The position numbers were made by a program, and so were the translations under genes. Positions 56,878 to 64,000 of a DNA stretch of 64,000 nt are shown piece by piece; position 1 is the stretch's first letter, and each line of letters begins with the position of its first letter. The notes under the pieces were generated by a model that did no database searches, was not told where the DNA came from, and saw only the letters and a list, made by a program, of their open reading frames with translations. Source of the DNA: a virus; the IMG/VR virus record IMGVR_UViG_3300034358_000032, positions 5,581 to 69,580 of that record; one strand, given 5' to 3'.

Positions 56878-57183
56878 TTACTCGATTATGCTGCCGCCCA
56901 GATCTTTCAGATCGTCGGGAAGGTCGTGCCCATTCCGGAACAGCCATGCAGCCGCTTCGCTTGGGGTCAGCCAGCGGGCCGCATCAGGTTTGTTGGCCCA
57001 CTGAGACGTTGAGACAACGTAGTAACGGCCCTTGGAACTGACGTGCAGCTTTTCGTGGTCAAGGTTCGATCCGGTAGCCTTGCTGACGTTGTTGGAACCG
57101 TCGAACCAAGTGTCCTCATCCCAACTATCGGTAGCGAGAAAGGTGTCGACCACCTTCCCGTCATCCATTGCGTAACGTGCCAT
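56878..57183 (-). CDS. Hypothetical protein
   Basis: GAGGGG RBS; HEKLHVSSKGRY...EAAAWL. Confidence 0.7.
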   Translation of the reverse strand: MARYAMDDGKVVDTFLATDSWDEDTWFDGSNNVSKATGSNLDHEKLHVSSKGRYYVVSTSQWANKPDAARWLTPSEAAAWLFRNGHDLPDDLKDLGGSIIE

Positions 57184-57196
57184 AATCATCCCCTCG

Positions 57197-58264
57197 TTAG
57201 TGAACAGTGCTCGGGCTATCCGTCCCGGCCGGCATCGGCAACTCCTCGGCCTCCGGAGCCTCGATCTGCGGAGCCGCCGGAGCCTCGATCTTGACCGTCG
57301 GGGTCCGCCCGATCAGGTCATCGACCCTGGCTTTGAACCCTGCAGCTTTGGCGAGCGCGATTGCCTTCTCGCCCTCGTCCGTGCTGGCCTCCGCCCGGTC
57401 CAGCCAGCGGGTTTCATGAGCCCGCAGCGCCGCAACCGTCAGCTTGACGGCCGGGGCGAGCACCGGCTGCGTCTCCTTGTCGATCGGGAGATACCCGGCC
57501 GGAATGGGTTGCAACAGCAGCAGCGCACCCGGCCATTGCGGGAAGTCGAACACCTTCAGCGAGTGCTCGGAGCCAGTGAAGGCCCGGATCACCATGCCCT
57601 CTTTCGGCCGGCGATCCTTGGGCAAGCCCGCCTCGAGCAGCTTGGCGATGTCCCCGCAGTATTTCAGCGACTTGCTGCTAAACCCCACGGCTTGCCAGTC
57701 GCGGCCGGAGGCCTCGCCGTCCATGTCCATGTTCGTAAAGGACGCCGCGGTCAGCAGGTGCTCGTATGGGGGAAACCGTCCCACATGCACGGTAGCCGCC
57801 TTCATGGTCGCCGACTTGCTGGTGTCCGACAGCTCGGCGCCCATGGTGCCCTTGGCATGGGTGACATTGACGATCAGCGCCCCCTCGACCTTGGCCAGCA
57901 TGCCAACCCGGGCCTTCAGGTCGTCCCGGTGCAGCATCAGCCCCGAGGCCAGCCAGCTAGGCGTGGTGCCGGAGATCGGGAATGAGCCGATGAACACCCT
58001 TCCCGCGTCCCGGGCAATGATCCGCGCCTTGCCCTGGTCCACCTGGTGCAGCACCACGCCGTGCAGCCGGTCTTCTTCCTTCGGGGCCTTGGCCGCCACG
58101 CTTTCGGCCGCCAGCAGCAGCGCCGCCGGCACGGCCAGGGTTTCCATGATTGTCGCTTTGGGGGTCTTGGCCTTGGCCGGGACCTTGCTGCGCTTGGCCG
58201 AGGTATCTTGCAGCAAAGCCTTTGCGGCGGGCTTCCGCCCTGCCGCTTGCGTTCGTTTAGCCAT
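57197..58264 (-). CDS. Divergent sliding-clamp (DnaN)-like protein
   Basis: LHGV, IIARDAGRV, GRFPPYEHLL, GFSSKSL and LLLQPI echo clamp motifs LNGV, ATDGHRL, G.FPDY, GFN..YL and MPM. Confidence 0.5.
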   Translation of the reverse strand: MAKRTQAAGRKPAAKALLQDTSAKRSKVPAKAKTPKATIMETLAVPAALLLAAESVAAKAPKEEDRLHGVVLHQVDQGKARIIARDAGRVFIGSFPISGTTPSWLASGLMLHRDDLKARVGMLAKVEGALIVNVTHAKGTMGAELSDTSKSATMKAATVHVGRFPPYEHLLTAASFTNMDMDGEASGRDWQAVGFSSKSLKYCGDIAKLLEAGLPKDRRPKEGMVIRAFTGSEHSLKVFDFPQWPGALLLLQPIPAGYLPIDKETQPVLAPAVKLTVAALRAHETRWLDRAEASTDEGEKAIALAKAAGFKARVDDLIGRTPTVKIEAPAAPQIEAPEAEELPMPAGTDSPSTVH

Positions 58265-58361
58265 CTCACTCTCCGGATTACGGCGGGCTAGTTCCCGGCC
58301 GTTCTGCGCTTTCCTGGCGCATACCAAGCGGGGCGACCGAAGCCGCCCCGCGCCGTATGCG
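58265..58361 (-). ncRNA. Structured leader element, copy A
   Basis: CGCAUAC/GUAUGCG stem with C-UUCG-G apical hairpin, then CGCAGA, P3 and GGAG; homologous to 60887-60987. Confidence 0.75.
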
Positions 58362-58802
58362 TCAGATTGCCAGTGGTTTGAGGATGATGTTCTCCTCGTC
58401 CGTCAGCCGAGCCTCGATAGCCTTGAACTCGTCCACCGTTGCGTGGCTGGCGAACTGTTCCATCAGCAGCGCATAGGTGGCCCGGGTCAGCATGGTCAGC
58501 CCGTCGTCCTGACCGAACTTCTTGACCGTGATGTCGGTTACCCGTTTCAGGGCGTGCATGCAGCGATCAATGGTGAGCAGTTCCTCCATCGTGTAGTCGA
58601 GTTCAGTGTCGTCGGGATCGACGGTGACCTCGAAGTCGTCCAGGCATCCGATAGCCACGGTTGCGTGGAACTCATCCAGTGCGGCTTCCGAACTCCGGGC
58701 TTCGATCTGATATTCGCCGGACGGATTGGTGATCCGATCGTCCGGCTTGCTCAGTTCGTGGTCAGCAACAAGCTGCTTCACGGTTATGGTGTAGGCCGTC
58801 AT
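58362..58802 (-). CDS. Hypothetical acidic protein
   Basis: EAALDEFHATVAIGCLDDF; RBS present. Confidence 0.7.
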   Translation of the reverse strand: MTAYTITVKQLVADHELSKPDDRITNPSGEYQIEARSSEAALDEFHATVAIGCLDDFEVTVDPDDTELDYTMEELLTIDRCMHALKRVTDITVKKFGQDDGLTMLTRATYALLMEQFASHATVDEFKAIEARLTDEENIILKPLAI

Positions 58803-58803
58803 G

Positions 58804-58959
58804 TCATTCCCCCTTGTGCTCGCGGCCGAGCGCCTTCAGGGCCAGCCGGTAGGCTTCGTCCACGTTGGACCAATCGACCGATCCGCCGTCTCCGCTCGCT
58901 TTGTCGTAGGCCTCGACCAACTTTTCACAGGCACTTCGCGCGCGCCCAAGTTCAGCCAT
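58804..58959 (-). CDS. 51 aa hypothetical protein; absent from the ORF track
   Basis: MAELGRARSACEKLVEAYDKASGDGGSVDWSNVDEAYRLALKAL...; fills the gap; may start at TTG 58971. Confidence 0.65.
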   Translation of the reverse strand: MAELGRARSACEKLVEAYDKASGDGGSVDWSNVDEAYRLALKALGREHKGE

Positions 58960-58967
58960 TTCCACGG

Positions 58968-59384
58968 TCAATACTCCGACGGCAACATGATGACCCAGGC
59001 CTTCAGGCCGCCGTCCTTGGCGACGAAGAACCTGATCTCCTCCAGCGGGAAATCGGTGTATTCGATCTCCTGCTTGGCGATCGGCGGGGTGTCGTTGCCG
59101 TCCGTCACGCTCAGCAAATGAGGCCGGTTGGGTGCATGATCATCGATCGACCGGATGAACGTCCAGGTCTGGAACTCCTCTTGTTGCAGTCGTTTGTTCG
59201 TCATCAGGTGGCTGGCAATGGCGTCGATCAGCCAGAAGCATTGAGCGTTCTTGCAGAGCCACACCACGCCGTCCGTCATCAGCAGCGCACGACCCATAAC
59301 GGATCCTGCGGTGTATTCGCCGGTGCCGGTGAACTGCGCCAGTCCCGTCAGGAGATCAGCGCGCGATAGTTTCTTGTCGGTCAT
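58968..59384 (-). CDS. DUF6876-like protein
   Basis: FTGT, TDGV, WLIDAIAS, EEFQTW, DGN, YTDFPL and LPSEY. Confidence 0.8.
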   Translation of the reverse strand: MTDKKLSRADLLTGLAQFTGTGEYTAGSVMGRALLMTDGVVWLCKNAQCFWLIDAIASHLMTNKRLQQEEFQTWTFIRSIDDHAPNRPHLLSVTDGNDTPPIAKQEIEYTDFPLEEIRFFVAKDGGLKAWVIMLPSEY

Positions 59385-59758
59385 GCCTTGCCTCCATCGT
59401 CCAGCACCAGGCCCTTGCCGCGATAGTCCAGGCTGATCCACTTCCGCATGATCCGGTAGAACGCCTTGCGTTCTTCCAGCGTCATCCGAATGTGCTGCGG
59501 AAATCTCACGATGTTCTGCTCGAGGTCCTCGACCGAACCAATGAAAGCGCCGGAGTGATAGTTCCCGTGTGCGTCCACGTAGCTACAGATCAGAAAGCCG
59601 TCCGACATTATGCTCGCCGTGCCGACATATCGCTGATTATCCGACCGCGTGTAGCCCGCCGGAAACTCCTTCGCCAACTCCAAGGCTTCCGCCACGATGG
59701 CACCGAACATCGTGTCCCGCGTGGCTTCTACCGTCTTCTCCTGCCATGTTTTCGTCAT
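59381..59758 (-). CDS. Hypothetical protein
   Basis: ATGA-coupled. Confidence 0.7.
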   Translation of the reverse strand: MTKTWQEKTVEATRDTMFGAIVAEALELAKEFPAGYTRSDNQRYVGTASIMSDGFLICSYVDAHGNYHSGAFIGSVEDLEQNIVRFPQHIRMTLEERKAFYRIMRKWISLDYRGKGLVLDDGGKA

Positions 59759-60357
59759 GACATCCCTCTCTCAGCATTGCGGCCGGCGACCGTGATCGCT
59801 CCGGCCTCAGTCAACAGTTTCTTCGTGACCAGCGCGGTCTTAGCCGTCGCCCATTCGGCACGACTGGGAAACCTCTCCCCCGGCTCGAGCTTTACGCGCA
59901 TCGAGAACAGGTCCTCCTTCGCCATCTCGTACCGCGTCTTGCCGTTGTAGGCGGCCTTGAACCAAGCCGAGGCCCGCAGCACGATTTGCTCGTGGGAGGT
60001 CAGCGTGACCGGAGCCGGCAGCATCGGCGCTGCATCCACCGGGTGCATGAAGAACGTCAGCCCCATGTCCCGACCGCGGCTGATCGTGTGGCGAACCACC
60101 ACCAATCCCTGCTGCAGCGTGACTTCGCGCTCCGCCCTGCCGGCATCCCATGGCGGGGAGACCTGATCGGACACCGGCACGCGGTTGCCTGACTTCAGTT
60201 CCACGGCCCAATAGGTTTCCCTGCTGCCGTCGTGCCAGTTGCCCGCGGACGCCGGTATGTCCACCTTGTCGCCGAGAACAGCCTGATACATCCGGCCTCG
60301 ATAGCTGCCGCGCAAATGCTCCGGCACCATCTTGGGTTCGAGAAAGATCGGTTTCAT
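59755..60357 (-). CDS. Hypothetical protein
   Basis: WHDGSRETY...GRDMGLTFFMHP...GAITVAGRNA; coupled. Confidence 0.7.
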   Translation of the reverse strand: MKPIFLEPKMVPEHLRGSYRGRMYQAVLGDKVDIPASAGNWHDGSRETYWAVELKSGNRVPVSDQVSPPWDAGRAEREVTLQQGLVVVRHTISRGRDMGLTFFMHPVDAAPMLPAPVTLTSHEQIVLRASAWFKAAYNGKTRYEMAKEDLFSMRVKLEPGERFPSRAEWATAKTALVTKKLLTEAGAITVAGRNAERGMS

Positions 60358-60698
60358 GTGTGCACGTTCCACGAATGAACCGAACGGCCGCCCGACAGCC
60401 GACCGATGTTGACGGTCAACGAAGGGAAGGAACCATCGCCCGGAGCGCCGGGGCCGTCGTAAACCCAGCCGCCGTTGAAGATGAACCGCTCGCCGTCGAA
60501 GATCGCAAACCGCATGCTGAACGGGGCAAAGTCGCTGCCCAACACCGCCTTGCGGTCGTTGTCCTTGGTCATGCCGACGGTCAGTGTGCGCAACAGCCGG
60601 ATCAGGTCGCGGCCGAGCTGGTCGGTGCAGCCCGCTTGCTCCGCGAAGTCGATCGCCGCCCGCAGGCCAGCCGGATCGGTGATGGTGATCTCGCTCAT
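60354..60698 (-). CDS. Hypothetical protein (DUF4120-like)
   Basis: DFAPFSM.F...NGG..Y.G...WNVHT C-terminal pattern. Confidence 0.65.
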   Translation of the reverse strand: MSEITITDPAGLRAAIDFAEQAGCTDQLGRDLIRLLRTLTVGMTKDNDRKAVLGSDFAPFSMRFAIFDGERFIFNGGWVYDGPGAPGDGSFPSLTVNIGRLSGGRSVHSWNVHT

Positions 60699-60886
60699 CT
60701 GCGCACCATCACGTTGAGGGAGAACTGCACGCTCTCAATGCCGGGAACATCCCGCGCACCACGAGAACTGGCAAGTAACAGGGTTGATCCGGTCTTCGAT
60801 GGTTGGGCGCTTCCGATCTTGCTCGGAGAACAATCGATCTCCAAGACCAGCGTGTGACCGCTGACCTTTACCTTGATATTATTCAA
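60695..60886 (-). CDS. Small conserved-type hypothetical protein
   Basis: LVLEID...PSKTGSTLLLASSRG...LNV; GGAG RBS with TTG start. Confidence 0.7.
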   Translation of the reverse strand: MNNIKVKVSGHTLVLEIDCSPSKIGSAQPSKTGSTLLLASSRGARDVPGIESVQFSLNVMVRR

Positions 60887-60987
60887 CGCTTTTACTCCAA
60901 ATCTACGGCGGGAAAGGTCCCGGCCGCTCTGCGCTTTGCCGGCGCATACCGAGCAGCATGGGGCACCATGCCGCTCCGTATGCGTCG
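60887..60987 (-). ncRNA. Structured leader element, copy B
   Basis: Same CGCAUAC/GUAUGCG stem as copy A, with a different but fully paired apical stem. Confidence 0.75.
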
Positions 60988-61185
60988 TCAGTTCGGCTTT
61001 TGACGTTCAATCTCCGCCATCACGGAAAGCCCTTCGATCAAAGCCTCCGAGTGGTCGCCCATGTCATCACTCCCCCATGCCACGATCAGGTGCATCATCG
61101 ACCGGATCAGTTCCGCATGATCCCAGTTGGCATCAACGGCGATCTGCCTGACCCGGTCTTCCAGTTCGTCCGGCTCAAGCGTCAT
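60988..61185 (-). CDS. Hypothetical protein
   Basis: Overlaps the upstream stop; acidic and helical. Confidence 0.6.
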   Translation of the reverse strand: MTLEPDELEDRVRQIAVDANWDHAELIRSMMHLIVAWGSDDMGDHSEALIEGLSVMAEIERQKPN

Positions 61186-61735
61186 CGGAAGTCTCCTGGC
61201 TCAACGCCGACGACAGCCAGGCCGCCTCCGACTTCCAACCCTCGAGCACCTTCAGCCGTAGCTCCGGGGACAGCGCCCGCCGAAGCCAATCGCTTGCACG
61301 CTCGCGCCCCAGGGCAACCAGCAGCGCATTGGTCATGCCGCCCAAAGCCATGATCTCGATGGTGTCCTTCGGGGTCCTGAACCGCAGCACGCCCACCTTG
61401 GCGATCCACTCGTTCCAAGGCTCCGGGGGATCGAGCGGCGGTTCCGCACCTAAATCGCTCTCAGTCAGCATCGGCAGGGGAAACTCCACGACCTTCTGGC
61501 GCGGGTCCATCACGGTCCCGGACATGGCTAAAACTCGCCGGGCATGCTCATAGGTGACGTGCAAGTCAGGCCACTCATCGATCAGGCCAAGGGCCTCCTC
61601 GCCCGGGTAAACGTCCTGAATGTCCCGGACGAACTCTCGCAACACCTCCAGCGCCCTGGTCAATACAACGGTCATCTGTCCTCCAAAGGAAATGCCAGGG
61701 AGCACGAGGCCCCCGGCGGTAGGCTTAGTCGTCAA
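61175..61735 (-). CDS. Hypothetical protein
   Basis: Coupled; EWPDLHVTYEHA. Confidence 0.6.
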   Translation of the reverse strand: MTTKPTAGGLVLPGISFGGQMTVVLTRALEVLREFVRDIQDVYPGEEALGLIDEWPDLHVTYEHARRVLAMSGTVMDPRQKVVEFPLPMLTESDLGAEPPLDPPEPWNEWIAKVGVLRFRTPKDTIEIMALGGMTNALLVALGRERASDWLRRALSPELRLKVLEGWKSEAAWLSSALSQETSDDA

Positions 61736-62058
61736 TCAACCCGGAACTCAGCGAGCAAAGCGTCAACGCTCTCAAACGTCCTGCTCGTGAAGTTCTCGAA
61801 CACTTCCGCCCAGGTCGGATTGCGACCGGTCTTCGCCTTCAGCCCTTGGGCGATGCCGTCCAACTGGAACAGAATGGCGAAGTAGATCGTGGGCTTGGGA
61901 TCAGCGGCAGCGAACATCACCGCGCAGCCATCGGGGTCCTTCAGCCCGCCGCCGTCCAGCTTGACCAGCGGCAACAACGGATAGCGTGGCCACTCCAAGG
62001 GGTTGGCGATGAACTGCTTTGCCCGGGCAATGGCCGCGGGCTCCTGCTTGCTTGCCAT
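61732..62058 (-). CDS. Hypothetical protein
   Basis: PLEWPRYPLLPLVK...FESVDALLAE.RVD. Confidence 0.7.
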   Translation of the reverse strand: MASKQEPAAIARAKQFIANPLEWPRYPLLPLVKLDGGGLKDPDGCAVMFAAADPKPTIYFAILFQLDGIAQGLKAKTGRNPTWAEVFENFTSRTFESVDALLAEFRVD

Positions 62059-62061
62059 GGC

Positions 62062-62301
62062 TCAGCCCTCGACCTTCAGCCATTTGCCGGCGTGCTCAGA
62101 GCCTTCCGGCTGCTTGACGTATCGCTGGCCAAGTCCGGTCCCCAGCTTGCCGCCGCGCCGCTTGAACTCTTGCGGCAGGATGCAGCCCCATCGGCTGTCG
62201 CCCGGCACGCGGCCGTCGACAAAGCTGTCCACGATGTTGGCGCCGGTCAGATCACAGTGCGCAGGGATCGTGCCGAACCAGAACTTCGGTTTCGTCGTCA
62301 T
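62062..62301 (-). CDS. Hypothetical protein
   Basis: FVDGR...WG...GGKLGTGLGQRY...WLKVEG; GGAG RBS. Confidence 0.75.
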   Translation of the reverse strand: MTTKPKFWFGTIPAHCDLTGANIVDSFVDGRVPGDSRWGCILPQEFKRRGGKLGTGLGQRYVKQPEGSEHAGKWLKVEG

Positions 62302-62397
62302 CGTTTGTGCTCCAAGTTACCAGAGGAAAAGTCCGCCTGGCTCTGCGTCGGAAACGCATAGGATGCCGGACCGGCCAAAGTCCGGCGTCCCATGCCC
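62302..62397 (-). ncRNA. Structured leader element, copy C
   Basis: GCAUG/UAUGC stem, UGCGU/ACGCA alternative hairpin, CGCAGAG, GGA-CUUU-UCC P3 and GGAG. Confidence 0.7.
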
Positions 62398-62435
62398 TTC
62401 GGAATATTTTCGGGAATAATCGGCGCAGCTAAATC

Positions 62436-62897
62436 TCATCGGGCCGAGCGCCGAGCCATTGCCGCCATGATCTTGGCCAGCGCCGTGTCGCCGTCCTCGG
62501 CCGCCGGCGTGATGACCTTGGGCGCAGCCTTCCGCTCCCGGACCCGCACGGTGCCATCGTCCCAACCGCCCCAGGGCGTCTTGTCCACCGACCAACGCGG
62601 CCGGGGCAGAGCCTTGCCGCCCGGCCGGTGCGGAGCGTTGATCCGGTCGTGCACCGCAGCCCGAGCCGCGTCCGACTTGGGTTGGCTCGCCGCCTGCACC
62701 CATTCCGTCGTGGCCCGCTTGGTGGCCGGGCGTGGCTGGTTCAAGCAAGCCGCAGTTTCGGTGACCGCGAACAACGTCCCATCGGAGACCATCGCCATCC
62801 TCACCTGCCGGACCAAGTCAGGCGAGGCCTCGACCCCTGCCCTTTTCATCGCCGCCCGGAGTTCCCGTTCGGTGTATCGCCTCGTGTCCTGTCCCAT
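62436..62897 (-). CDS. Hypothetical basic protein, first gene of the leftward operon
   Basis: GAGGAG upstream; directly downstream of the leftward promoter. Confidence 0.6.
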   Translation of the reverse strand: MGQDTRRYTERELRAAMKRAGVEASPDLVRQVRMAMVSDGTLFAVTETAACLNQPRPATKRATTEWVQAASQPKSDAARAAVHDRINAPHRPGGKALPRPRWSVDKTPWGGWDDGTVRVRERKAAPKVITPAAEDGDTALAKIMAAMARRSAR

Positions 62898-62941
62898 CGC
62901 TCGTCTCGTCTCCTCTGATCCGATCTATCAGGATCACAGGA

Positions 62942-62970
62942 ATATTAGCACATTTTGACGCAAAAGTCAA
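62942..62970 (-). promoter_or_regulatory. Sigma70-type promoter, leftward
   Basis: TTGACT-17 nt-TAATAT with extended TG. Confidence 0.8.
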
Positions 62971-63042
62971 GTAAAAGCGTTGCCCCGCGAAGTAGAGCGG
63001 GCGTAGCGACGACGCCTATAACGTGTCGAGACGGGGGCTGTA

Positions 63043-63071
63043 TTGCAATCCGCAAGTAAATGTGCTAGTAT
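63043..63071 (+). promoter_or_regulatory. Sigma70-type promoter, rightward
   Basis: TTGCAA-17 nt-TAGTAT with extended TG. Confidence 0.75.
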
Positions 63072-63120
63072 TACTCCGGTTTGGTGTAATCTTGCCCTTA
63101 CCGAATTGGAGCGTTGAACA

Positions 63121-63459
63121 ATGATAGATGTCGATGACCTGGCTATGGCTCGGATGAAAGAGATAGCCGCCCACTACGGTTGGAACGAGGCGGACTGCCT
63201 GTATCGCCTGTTCAATGCACTGGCCAATGGTAGCGAGCCCTTCGATATAGCCACGCTACTGTGGGGCGTGGATTTCGTGGCTTGTGAGGGACAGCCGCGG
63301 TTCACGGTGAAGAAGCAGATGTTCGATGCAACGCTGCCAGCCAATCGCCCGGCCGATCCGATCTATGACCACTACAAGGACCGCGTTAAAGCCGCCCGCA
63401 GATCGCCGCTCATCCTTCGCCGTGGTCGGAATGCTCGCCGCTTAAAGCACCAGGCGTAG
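63121..63459 (+). CDS. Hypothetical protein in a stand-alone transcription unit
   Basis: Has its own promoter, GGAG RBS and terminator. Confidence 0.7.
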   Translation: MIDVDDLAMARMKEIAAHYGWNEADCLYRLFNALANGSEPFDIATLLWGVDFVACEGQPRFTVKKQMFDATLPANRPADPIYDHYKDRVKAARRSPLILRRGRNARRLKHQA

Positions 63460-63468
63460 AAAGCCCGG

Positions 63469-63502
63469 AACCCCTGGCGGGGAAATCTCGTCAGGGGTTT
63501 TT
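63469..63502 (+). terminator. Rho-independent terminator
   Basis: CCCCTGGCGGG/CTCGTCAGGGG stem with G-U pairs, followed by TTTTT just after the stop codon. Confidence 0.8.
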
Positions 63503-63522
63503 CACGACCAACTCTCGTCGCA

Positions 63523-63658
63523 CTAAATCTCGTGACTAAATCTCACGAGCTAAATGTCGAACGACTAAATCTCATCGACTAAATCTCAAGGCACTAAATC
63601 TCACGCACTAAATCTCAAGCAGCTAAATGTCGTCGGCTAAATCTCACGACTAAATCTC
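63523..63658. repeat. Array of ten CTAAAT(C/G)TC 9-mers with 4-6 nt spacers
   Basis: Starts at 63523, 63536, 63550, 63565, 63579, 63594, 63608, 63623, 63637 and 63650. Confidence 0.95.
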
Positions 63659-63746
63659 ACGGCGTTCTGTCGTCGGCCTTGATAGCGTCGAGGTCCGCGG
63701 CGGGGTCGCTATCAGCGCCGGTCAACGTGCGTCGGGCGTGCGTTGT

Positions 63747-63846
63747 GCGTGCGATTGCGTGCGGACGCCTGCGATCGTATGCGCTCGGCGTGCGATTGCG
63801 TGCGAACAACATGCTATGGCGTGTGGCGTGCGTGCGATTGCGTGCG
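63747..63846. repeat. Three identical 17-mers GCGTGCGATTGCGTGCG separated by 24 and 25 nt
   Basis: Copies at 63747, 63788 and 63830. Confidence 0.9.
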
Positions 63847-63874
63847 GCAGGGCGCCATTGACGCCGCCAGCCTG

Positions 63875-64000
63875 CCCCGCCCTGGTCCAGCCCCGCCCTG
63901 GTCCAGCCCCGCCCTGGTCCAGCCCCGCCCTGGTCCAGCCCCGCCCTGGTCCAGCCCCGCCCTGGTCCAGCCCCGCCCTGGTCCAGCCCCGCCCTGGTCC
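63875..64000. repeat. Perfect 16-nt tandem repeat CCCCGCCCTGGTCCAG (7 full copies plus a partial; runs off the window)
   Basis: Directly visible. Confidence 0.97.

Larger units (their letters stand above)
1..64000. mobile_element. Tailed bacteriophage genome segment (siphovirus-type, HK97 head, GTA-like tail tip); both ends lie outside the window
   Basis: Canonical order of terminase, portal, protease, capsid, neck, tail, TMP and lysis genes, followed by replication and small-gene modules; no host housekeeping operons. Confidence 0.97.

Noticed and set aside
57444-59369. 641 aa plus-strand ORF
   Set aside because: Antisense shadow of several well-formed coupled minus-strand genes; no motifs.
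55745-62397. Leaders A-D as intrinsic terminators, tRNAs or integron attC sites
   Set aside because: No U-tracts, no cloverleaf or T-loop consensus, no attC core-site boundaries noticed, and no integron integrase.
60884-62982. 13-nt inverted match AGTAAAAGCGTTG between 60884-60896 and 62970-62982
   Set aside because: A single pair with no consistent functional context; may be chance.
63523-63846. CRISPR or TIGR-type guide array
   Set aside because: Repeats of 9 and 17 nt and spacers of 4-6 nt do not fit CRISPR dimensions; no cas or Nop-domain gene was recognised. Kept as unexplained repeats.
63679-63861. 60 aa ORF across the 17-mer repeats
   Set aside because: No RBS, repeat periods are not both multiples of 3, and it lies downstream of a terminator.

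Overview
The whole window is a high-GC tailed-phage genome segment with siphovirus-type morphogenesis genes. The host is probably an alphaproteobacterium, perhaps Acetobacteraceae-like, inferred from DnaG, a GapR-like protein and GTA-type tail-tip genes. Bases 1-34144 (+) are the late operon: TerL (5'-truncated), HK97 portal/protease/capsid, neck genes, a 9.5 kb block of fibre-like genes, tail terminator, tube, a -1 frameshifted tail chaperone, tape measure, GTA-like distal tail/hub/NlpC-P60/large tail-tip protein, and lysis genes. Bases 34-52 kb hold replication, recombination and accessory genes: DnaG, RlpA-like, glycosyltransferase-like, Rep-like HTH, AAA ATPase, RecE-like nuclease, Cro-like, GapR-like, VRR-NUC, AAA_25 helicase, DUF6456-like, ParB-like, MTase-like and GNAT. 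Bases 52-63 kb (-) are a tightly coupled operon of small genes, probably early. The window ends in divergent sigma70-like promoters and three stacked repeat arrays. No integrase, CI repressor, tRNA or CRISPR array was recognised. The most notable observation is a family of four structured RNA leaders, with compensatory base changes and two mutually exclusive helices, that punctuates the leftward operon. Other candidates are the terminal repeat arrays, an apparently circularly permuted lytic transglycosylase in the tape measure protein, a kissing-loop element before the tail chaperone, and a possible DNA-modification gene set. All family assignments come from motif recognition by eye; no searches were run.
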